From an uncultured Candidatus Saccharibacteria bacterium (GTDB lineage Bacteria; Patescibacteriota; JACMRA01): a DNA stretch of 64,000 nt. Below the pieces are notes generated by a model, which made no database searches, had not been told where the DNA came from, and was given only the letters and a program-made list of their open reading frames with translations. The translations under genes and the position numbers were made by a program. This document shows positions 1-7,799 of the stretch, piece by piece. Every line of letters starts with the position of its first letter. Position 1 is the stretch's first letter. The stretch is taken from positions 26,206 through 90,205 of the forward strand of contig CAZVWQ010000002.1 in the NCBI GenBank assembly GCA_964631275.1, given 5' to 3'.

Positions 1-385
1 TATTGATGCAAACTTAACTTTGGAAGAACAAAAAGATTTGATTTTAGAAACTTCGCATAGTCGCTTACCTGTTTTTGACGGGGATTATGACAATATTATA
101 GGCTTTTTACTAACTAGAGTAGCTCTAGAAAATCTAGCCAAAAAGAAAAATTACATCAAACCAGTCGAAATTATACATCAAATAATCAAAATTAAAGAAA
201 CTACCAAAGTTGATTCTCTTTTGATTATGTTCCAAAAAAAACAAGCTCACATGGCTATTGTTGTAGATGAATTTGGTGGCACAGGTGGTCTAGTAACTCT
301 TGAAGATGCTATTGAAGAAATTGTTGGCGAAATAGTAGATGAAACTGATGAAGTTGTGGATATGAGAGAAGTTAACGAATTTTAA
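1..385 (+). CDS. CBS-pair protein of the CNNM/HlyC-CorC (TlyC-like) family, C-terminal part; the 5' end lies outside the window
   Basis: Frame is open from nt 2. SHSRLPVFDGDYDNIIGFL and AHMAIVVDEFGGTGGLVTLEDAIEEIVGEIVDE match the CBS pair and linker of this family. The usual CorC_HlyC tail is absent. Confidence 0.7.
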   Translation, partial: IDANLTLEEQKDLILETSHSRLPVFDGDYDNIIGFLLTRVALENLAKKKNYIKPVEIIHQIIKIKETTKVDSLLIMFQKKQAHMAIVVDEFGGTGGLVTLEDAIEEIVGEIVDETDEVVDMREVNEF

Positions 386-453
386 CTTGACCAAAAACTT
401 ACGAAAATTAAGTTTATTCTCTATTAAAGATTATAATTAATTTATCTATTTAA

Positions 454-750
454 CTTTTTACATGTTTACATTTTACAAAAATTACAGCTACTTTTAGTTT
501 AGTCATTATACTTGGGTTTACGTTTATAGTGGCTTTAGCTCAAGAAAATACTAATTATAGGTCTAATAATTTAGATTAAGTTTCAGATCAAAATGATATT
601 CCGCTAGAAATCCTTAAAGAAATTCAAATCAAAAAAACCAAGCTCAAACAAAATTGAACAACACTACACAAAGAGTTATAAAAATTAATAATTTCTTTAG
701 AGATCAACTAAAATCTGAAATAGACAAATTACAAAGCTAACTTAAAATTT
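454..750 (+). pseudogene. decayed ORF (signal-peptide-like start, then coiled-coil-like text broken by stops)
   Basis: One frame reads ..KITATFSLVIILGFTFIVALAQENTNYRSNNLD*VSDQNDIPLEILKEIQIKKTKLKQN*TTLHKEL*.. with TAA, TGA and TAG stops and no start codon. Confidence 0.3.
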
Positions 751-887
751 TAATATTACAATGTCAGATAAAGAAAAAAAATAGAAAATAGCACTCCAAA
801 AAAATATCCAATAATAATTCTAAAAAAAATAAAAGTGAAAACCAACCATTTAGAAAATTAGTAATTACTATAATCGTTTTTTTTGCT

Positions 888-1121
888 TTGATTATTGTTC
901 TTAGAGTAGCCTTTAGTCAACAAAATAATAGCAATGATTTTGATCAAAATAAAATTTCTGAATCAAGCCAATCTTCTGTATTTTTTTCTTCGCCATCCCC
1001 AGAAGAAGATCCAAATCTAACTCTAGAAGATTTTGAAAACTTAGAAACTAACATAAAAATACAAAATTTAGTTAAAGATAGACACAAATCTAGACCAATT
1101 AAAAGCAGAGATATACTATGA
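888..1121 (+). CDS. small hypothetical protein (hydrophobic N-terminus); doubtful
   Basis: ORF track only. TTG start; the frame is open upstream to 792 without an ATG. Confidence 0.25.
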   Translation: MIIVLRVAFSQQNNSNDFDQNKISESSQSSVFFSSPSPEEDPNLTLEDFENLETNIKIQNLVKDRHKSRPIKSRDIL

Positions 1122-1250
1122 TATGAGTGTTTTAGATAATAAGAATCTTAGGATCGAAGAATAGATTCACCTTTATAGAGACTATTTAATTATTTATCTT
1201 TTAAAACAAAGATTTTTAGGTTTTAGTTGTTTCAAAAATTGTAATCTATA

Positions 1251-1365
1251 CTTAATTCACTTTCAAAATTTACATTTTTTAATTTAAAAAGTTATAAAAT
1301 AGGTTTAAAATTAATTAAATTTTAGTTCTAAGTGTTTAATTTGATTATGGAATAGGTATAGAATT
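1251..1365. repeat. dispersed repeat family E (core ..ttcactttcaaaatttacatttt..)
   Basis: Related copies at 2641-2674, 14765-14830, 22690-22757, 49285-49375 and, inverted, 38370-38450. Confidence 0.6.
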
Positions 1366-1479
1366 ACTCTTGCCTGCTATTTTAGATTTTCTTATTCAAA
1401 ATCAGCTATAAATGATTCTTTAATTTTTACTTTTAAATTGATAAAAAATTTCAAACAAGTTTTATAAAAACCAAACTTT

Positions 1480-2346
1480 ATGTACAATCCTCGAGGAGTC
1501 GAATTAGCACAAATGCTCAAAGGTGGAGTTATTATGGATGTCTCTAACCCTGAACAAGCCAAAATTGCCGAAAAGGCAGGGGCTGTAGCAGTTATGGCCT
1601 TAGAAAGAATCCCTTCAGAAATTCGTAAACAAGGAGGTGTAGCCAGGATGAGCAATCCTAAGATGATTAAAGAAATCAAAAATTCTGTAAGTATTCCTGT
1701 AATGGCTAAATGCCGTATCGGACACATCACTGAAGCTCAAATTTTGGAAGCAGTGGCCATTGATTTTGTTGACGAATCTGAAGTTTTGACTCCAGCAGAC
1801 GAGATTAACCATCTAGATAAGACTAAGTTTCAGATACCTTTTGTTTGTGGCTGTCGTAATCTTGGAGAAGCTATCCGTCGAATTTCCGAAGGAGCTAGTA
1901 TGATCCGCACCAAAGGTGAAGCTGGTACAGGTAACATTGTTGAAGCTGTAAAACATCAGAGACAGATCCGTAACGAAATTAAAAAAGTAACTTTACTTAA
2001 CTATGAAGAATTGGTTGTTTATTCTAAAGAAATTGGAGTTTCGATAGAAATTTTAGTCAAAATTAAAGAGCTAGGCAAATTACCAGTAGTTAATTTTGCT
2101 GCCGGTGGAATTGCTACCCCTGCTGATGCCGCTCTAATGATGGCCCTAGGTAGTGATGGAGTTTTTGTTGGGTCTGGTATATTTAATTCTAGTGATCCAG
2201 CCAAAATGGCTAAAGCTATTGTTCAGGCTACAACTTTTTGGGATGATCCAATGCGATTAGCTGAACTCAGTGAAGATATTGGAGAACCTATGTCAGGATT
2301 AGAGATCGATACTCTAGAAACTAAGATGGCGGGGAGGGGAGGGTAG
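1480..2346 (+). CDS. pdxS: pyridoxal 5'-phosphate synthase subunit PdxS
   Basis: [38 protein letters not shown] and the remaining sequence are collinear with PdxS. 288 aa. Confidence 0.95.
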   Translation: MYNPRGVELAQMLKGGVIMDVSNPEQAKIAEKAGAVAVMALERIPSEIRKQGGVARMSNPKMIKEIKNSVSIPVMAKCRIGHITEAQILEAVAIDFVDESEVLTPADEINHLDKTKFQIPFVCGCRNLGEAIRRISEGASMIRTKGEAGTGNIVEAVKHQRQIRNEIKKVTLLNYEELVVYSKEIGVSIEILVKIKELGKLPVVNFAAGGIATPADAALMMALGSDGVFVGSGIFNSSDPAKMAKAIVQATTFWDDPMRLAELSEDIGEPMSGLEIDTLETKMAGRGG

Positions 2347-2348
2347 TT

Positions 2349-2525
2349 ATATCCAAACTCGTACCAATTTTTATTTTAGATTATAGAATATTTTTTATAC
2401 GTTAACCAATTCAAATTAGGACTTTTTTAATTTTTAACAATAATTTTTGATATTAATTAGATCAAACTAAAACCGAAATTTAAACTTCTAAAAAACTAAA
2501 ACTTGCTTTGCGGTAAGTTATATAC
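2349..2525. repeat. dispersed repeat family D (composite; ..ccaaactcgtaccaattttt.. plus ..gatcaaactaaaaccgaaatttaaacttc..ttgctttgcggt..)
   Basis: Sub-modules recur at 13266-13384, 51284-51455 and 53082-53147, and inverted at 11971-12058, 14860-14930 and 49176-49258. Confidence 0.6.
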
Positions 2526-2674
2526 TAGTTATATGCAACTTTAATAATTATCTTTTAGCGCCCAACAATTAGCTTTTTTAAGGGTTAATTTTGCATAAAA
2601 GCTTGCATAATTTAATACGAAAATGAGTTTAACGGCCATAATTAATTCACTTTCAAAATTTATATTTTTTATCT

Positions 2675-2787
2675 TATACCAATCCGTTTACTATTGCCCA
2701 AAATTTTACTCTTCATAAGTAAATAAATTTTTTATTAAACTAAATTCTTAACAGGTAATTACTGTAACGATTAGCCCAAAGAGTATA
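2675..2787 (+). repeat. repeat family A (about 113 bp, ends TATACC..GTATA, core GGTAATTAC)
   Basis: Aligns along its length with 6257-6369 and, inverted, with 11015-11118, 24495-24608 and 63774-63898. Confidence 0.75.
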
Positions 2788-2908
2788 AGACAATACTATT
2801 GACTAAAATTTTAACTAACAATAGAGTCAAGTAGACTGTTTTTTAAGTTTTGTAGTTTTGTAATAACTTATAAATACAAAAATCTTTAATAAATTTTAAT
2901 TACCAAGG

Positions 2909-3841
2909 ATGCTCAATCAGACTTACGATCCCAAAAAATACGAATCAGAAATATACAATAACTGGCAATCTCAGAGTTTAGGTAAGATTGAAATCCAAGA
3001 TGAAACTCAATTAAAATATATAATTTTTGATTTTGATGGGGTTTTGGCTGATAGTTATGAGGCTGAAATATACGCACTACAAAAAACAGGTAAATTTAGT
3101 GAAATAGATTCGGTTAAAGAATATCTTCAAGAAAAATTTCTTAACCCATCTGTAAAAAATTTTGATGACGTTGAAGAAGTGGCAGTAGAAACGCAAAAAA
3201 TCAGAAAAATCTGTCAGTATAAATTAGAATATGGATTTCATCTTTTTATGGGCTTTATTTATGAACTCAAAAAGCTTAAAAATTTTAGATTTGCTATCAA
3301 TACAACTGCTGACCACTCAAATGTAGACCATCTTTTAGCTGATATTGATCTGAGTTTTGATAACATTCAAACATTAGAAGAAAGCCTAAGTAAAAATCAA
3401 AAAAATAAAGTTATAATCAAAGATTGGAATCTATCTAGTAATCAGAATGTTTATTTTATTACCGATACTGTCAGAGATTATTTAGAAGTTAAAGAAACTA
3501 TAAAAGAGCAAAACATCTTAGCTGTTGATTGGGGCTGGCAAGGTTATCAAACCTTGATTAAATATATGCCAGAAAAGCAAATCCTCAAAAACTATCAAGA
3601 TATTCATAGAATTTTTCCAAGGCATTCAATCTTAATGCCACCGCCAAATTTAACTGGTAAAATGCACGCTGGGCATTCTTTTCAGCATTTTTTGATGGAT
3701 ACACTATCACGAATTAATAGACAAAAAGGTAATCCTAGTCTCTGGTATCCAGGAGTTGATCATGCTGGCATCCAGTTAGAAGGTGTTATCGATAAGTTAA
3801 TTAGAAAAGGTGAATTTGATGAAGAATTAAAAAATAAATAG
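2909..3841 (+). pseudogene. valS: valyl-tRNA synthetase N-terminal fragment with an in-frame HAD-like insert; truncated about 70 aa after the HIGH motif
   Basis: YDPKKYESEIYNNWQ opens as ValRS does. PPPNLTGKMHAGH..WYPGVDHAGI is the HIGH region. FDFDGVLADS..AINTTAD..ITDTVRD between them is HAD-like. TAG at 3839 is followed by multiple stops. Confidence 0.7.
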
Positions 3842-4273
3842 ACTGCTGTTTAAAAGATAGATGGTTTAGCTTAAGCCCAAATCCTGTAATTTTTATAATA
3901 TGGCTATGGCAAATTCGTGGTTTAAAGTTTGTTTACTTATTTTTAGATAAAAAGTAGTCAAAATTAGCTTATTTTGAGATACAATTAATAAACGATTGGT
4001 CCAAAAGATAAAAAAATAATTAAAAATATCTAAAATTAGTTTTTAAGTTTGAATTAAGTTGTAAAAAATTAAAATGGTTGTTATAATTCATTTATAGATA
4101 GTCCTTATAAAGATTTTCGAAACTTCTTATAGTATAAAGTATTTTACCAAATTTTAGCTAAGCTATACAGCTATAATTTTATTTTCAAACAAAACTTATA
4201 GTAGGTCTAAAATCTCTAACTTATGCTTAGATGCCTATTAATAAACAAATAAGTTTTAATTTATTTTTGTAAA

Positions 4274-5598
4274 ATGAATTTTGAATATCCAGTTAGTCCT
4301 GATAGTAAGCATAATCCTGACATAACTGAAAAAATTAGGAGTCTGCTAAATGCAATTTTTACAGATCATCCAAGTTTTGAAGAGTTAAGTTTTGAAGAGT
4401 TAAAAGAATTAAAAGAATTAATTACTAGACTACGATCAAAATTATTAGAAGTTATTAAAGAATTTGCAATAAGTGAAAGTAATCAAGGTTTTATCTTTAT
4501 CGATAATAATGATAATGATAATACATTCTCTATTAATCCTGATAGGTATGCTAGCATACCAAATGATAAAAATTCTAAATTTCAATACAGGGGTTGCCAG
4601 ATTTATTTTGGGGAAAAAATTCAAGATTAAATGCTTGTGTAGACAATGAATTATTAGATAAGCTTAAAAATGGGGAAAGAATTGAATTTGCTAACCTAGG
4701 CCCAATTTCAAAAATATTTATTTTGCAGTATGTTTTTAGTTTAATTTTAGAATTAGCATCTGAAAAACTAGACTTGGAAAATGCTATAAATTTTTATGAG
4801 TTTCTTTTAAATCTTAAAGAGAGTGATAATGATAATGATAATGATAATAGTTTTAATCTTTTAGAAGGTTTTAAATTATCTGATTTAAGACCTCCCTATC
4901 TATATCATATAAAACAAAAATATTCTGATAAAATGATTCCTTTTGTTGCAAGGGTTGTTGGATTTAACCTTAGTAGGCTTGAAATTCCTCATCTACCTTT
5001 TGCTGTTGTATCTTTAAATTTTAAATCATCATTGGAGATTACTACTATGACTTCTCGTGAAGTTGATCCTAACTTTGCTTTTGAAGGACCTGACTTTATA
5101 ATCCTTATTTCAGGAAAAAAGACAGATGAAGGGTATAAAGCTTTTTTATATAAAAAAGATAGTAGTAATAATAATTATAAATTTACTAAAGTTAATGAAG
5201 GCTACTTATATCTAACTGAAGCCCTTTACCTCTGTTACGATAACGAACTTATTAGTAAACTTAATAGCGACATTCAAGATTCGCTTACTATAGATAGTAT
5301 TAAAACTCTTTTAAGAAGAATATTTGACGAAGATAATAATACTAGAATTCCTAACGCTTTACTACTTCATAGAGCAATAACACTGAGGTTTCCTCCTTTT
5401 ATGAAAATATTAGAAGAAGCAAGAGATGAGCTACCTGTAGAAAGCCATGGGTGGGAACCTAAACCTCCAAGTCATTTATTTGAAAAGTTTATTATTCCTA
5501 TTATTATTGCACTTGTGTTTTATATTTTTTTTTACTTTTCTTCTAGAGAAGAAGTCCCCTCTTTACAAGAACCTCCAACTAACACACAAACACAATAA
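4274..5598 (+). pseudogene. hypothetical protein with a C-terminal TM helix; two overlapping ORFs consistent with one gene frameshifted at a G-run near 4590
   Basis: ORFs 4274-4630 and 4594-5598 overlap. Both contain DNDNDN tracts. GGGG at 4590-4593 lies in the overlap. FIIPIIIALVFYIFFYF is near the C-terminus. Confidence 0.4.
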
Positions 5599-5867
5599 AA
5601 ATAATATTTGCATGTTTATACTGAGTTTAGCTTTGACTTTTATTTATATTTAGAAAACCTATTTGATTGCTTGTCTTTTAAAACAAAGATTTTTAGTTGT
5701 TAGATATTAAATCAGCTTGTTTTTAAGGAATTTGAGAATACCTAAAATGTCTAAATTGTGCATAGATTAAGTATATTTTTGATTTTCGTATTCAAAATCA
5801 ACTACCAACGATTTCTTAATTTTTTACTTTTAAACTGCTAAAAATTTCAAACATGTCTATAGTCTAT

Positions 5868-6179
5868 TTATTCAAAAATAGAGCTAGAAGAATTTTGGAT
5901 AGCCTCTAAAGATTTAGATTCACTCTTAGGTAAGGATTGTTGAAATCGGGTCTCTAGATTTATATTTTTAGGTAGCTCTTTTGCTCTAATATTTATTTCT
6001 GGTTCAGAATATTCAGGAGAAAAAGGCCCAAAAACAGACATGGCCCCAAAAACAGCAAGGAATAATATTGTTACAAGCATAGTAACTACAGATAAGATAG
6101 TTCTAAAATCAGTTTTTCTTTTTTCTGGTTGTTTTTGCATTTGCTGAAGTGGTTGTATTTGTATTTGTTGTTGTGACAT
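5868..6179 (-). CDS. small single-pass membrane protein (hypothetical)
   Basis: ORF with a Q-rich N-terminus and the TM helix ILSVVTMLVTILFLAVFGAMSVF. Confidence 0.45.
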   Translation of the reverse strand: MSQQQIQIQPLQQMQKQPEKRKTDFRTILSVVTMLVTILFLAVFGAMSVFGPFSPEYSEPEINIRAKELPKNINLETRFQQSLPKSESKSLEAIQNSSSSIFE

Positions 6180-6256
6180 GTTATAATTATACTTTATATA
6201 ATTAAAGTTATCAACCTTGGCTAGCTATTTATAAATAATCTTAGTTGCTTTTTATC

Positions 6257-6369
6257 TTAATTCAATCCGTAGTATTACCCTAAATTTAGCCTTTCATAAG
6301 TAAATAAATTCTTTATTTAAGGTAAATTCTTAATGGGTAATTACTGCAATGATTAGCCCAAAGGGTATA
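6257..6369 (+). repeat. repeat family A
   Basis: ..caatccgtagtattaccctaaatttagcctttcataagtaaataaatt..ggtaattactgcaatgattagcccaaagggtata. It lies about 65 nt beyond the gltX stop. Confidence 0.75.
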
Positions 6370-6435
6370 AAAATAAACAAAAAATAGTTTGCTCTTTTTA
6401 TAGTTTAAAACTATTAACCCAAAAGATAAGTTAGT

Positions 6436-7410
6436 TTAAATTTCTGTATTCTCCAAATACACCTCTTTATCAGTACCTGGATTCCAACCAAGAAAAACTA
6501 AATAATTAAGGATAGCTTCTGGTAAAAATCCTTCATCTAAATAGCTCTGCATATCTACATTACCATCTCTTTTGGATAATTTTTTGTTCCCAGTTTCACC
6601 TAAAATAAAAGGTAAATGAATATAAGCAGGAACTTGACCCCAATAGTCAAAAAACATAGCTGTGTGCCTAGCAATACTTGGATACCACTCTTGAGCTCTA
6701 ATTACCAAAGTAGTTTTCATTAAGTAATCATCAACTAGATGTGCCAAGTGATAGGTTGGATATCCATCAGACTTTAGAATTGTGAAATCTTCTTCTAGGT
6801 TAAGATCAAATTTGGTCTTGCCAAGTAACTCGTCCTTGCACTCAATAGTTTTATCCCTTTGTAGCTTGTATTTGAGTACTGGTTTGGATTGATCTTTCAG
6901 ACCATCTTTTAGACTTTGAGTTAGTTTTTGTTGGTTAAATCTTTCTTGGCAAATTTTATAATAATTAATTGCTTTTTTGTTGATTTTTTTAATTTCTAAT
7001 AATTCTTGTTTATCTTCTTCGGTTAGATAACTCCAGTAAGCTAAACCCTTATCAAGCAAATTTTGAGCATGTTCGTGATATATATCTAATCTTTTGGATT
7101 GAATGTAAGGCCCAAAGTCTCCTTTTTCGTAGATATCATAAAATTCATCATAAACTCCACCCTGTGAATCATCAGAAATAGGATCAAGTAAAGTAATACC
7201 TTCTTTGGGTAATAAATGTAGCTGATCTAGAGTTTCTAGAAGCTTACGAGCTGAGTCACTTTGCAAACGGTTGCGATCTGTATCTTCTAGCCTGAGATAC
7301 CACTGACCTTGATTTTTGTTAGCAAATAAAGCTGTAAAGAGTATTTGTCGAGTTGTACCTAAATGCAAGTATCCAGTAGGTGAGGGTGCCTGCCTAGTTC
7401 TAAAAGTCAT
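6436..7410 (-). CDS. gltX: glutamyl-tRNA synthetase catalytic core, lacking the anticodon-binding domain (truncated)
   Basis: APSPTGYLHLG (HIGH-like), LRLEDTDRNR, KLSKR (KMSKS) and GFLPEAILNYLVFLGWNPG. TAA follows 14 aa later. Start chosen at ATG 7410; the ORF track starts at TTG 7446. Confidence 0.8.
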   Translation of the reverse strand: MTFRTRQAPSPTGYLHLGTTRQILFTALFANKNQGQWYLRLEDTDRNRLQSDSARKLLETLDQLHLLPKEGITLLDPISDDSQGGVYDEFYDIYEKGDFGPYIQSKRLDIYHEHAQNLLDKGLAYWSYLTEEDKQELLEIKKINKKAINYYKICQERFNQQKLTQSLKDGLKDQSKPVLKYKLQRDKTIECKDELLGKTKFDLNLEEDFTILKSDGYPTYHLAHLVDDYLMKTTLVIRAQEWYPSIARHTAMFFDYWGQVPAYIHLPFILGETGNKKLSKRDGNVDMQSYLDEGFLPEAILNYLVFLGWNPGTDKEVYLENTEI

Positions 7411-7577
7411 ACTCACAAAGTTTTTTTGATTAAATAATTTAGTCAAGAATATTTTTAGACCATGATGTAATTCTTATAACTTTATAAATTTTTCATAAGC
7501 TTACTTGACTAGATTTGTTTTTGTTACAAGTTGTGTTTACTAGATTTAATTTCGACTAGTGAGTCAGTTTTATCGGT

Positions 7578-7695
7578 ATTAATCTTGTCTCAAAATAAGT
7601 TAAAAATAACTAGTTTATATCTTGAAATAAAAAAATTCATTATTTTAGCTGAATTGGCAGTTTTTTATTATTTGTATAAATAAAAGGTAAATCGA
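7578..7695 (+). repeat. repeat family C, divergent copy (terminus attaatcttgtctcaaaa)
   Basis: Shares its terminus with families B and C; the interior is only loosely similar. Confidence 0.35.
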
Positions 7696-7799
7696 TTATT
7701 TTTTCTAATTACGGAACAAGCCCATTGAATGACTTTTTGATTAACATTTATTATTTTTTTTGCCTTTTTTGATTTTTTAATCTAGACTCTATAATCTAT

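Noticed and set aside
1392-2204. ORFs 1392-1730, 1615-1812 and 2019-2204 on the minus strand
   Set aside because: They lie antisense within pdxS, which is recognised beyond doubt. They are low-complexity shadow frames.
6436-7410. Interpreting the short GluRS as GluQ-RS (YadB-type)
   Set aside because: The end of the protein (GFLPEAILNYLVFLGWNPG..EVY) follows canonical GluRS right up to the domain boundary and then stops abruptly next to a repeat. That is more consistent with truncation than with a dedicated paralogue.
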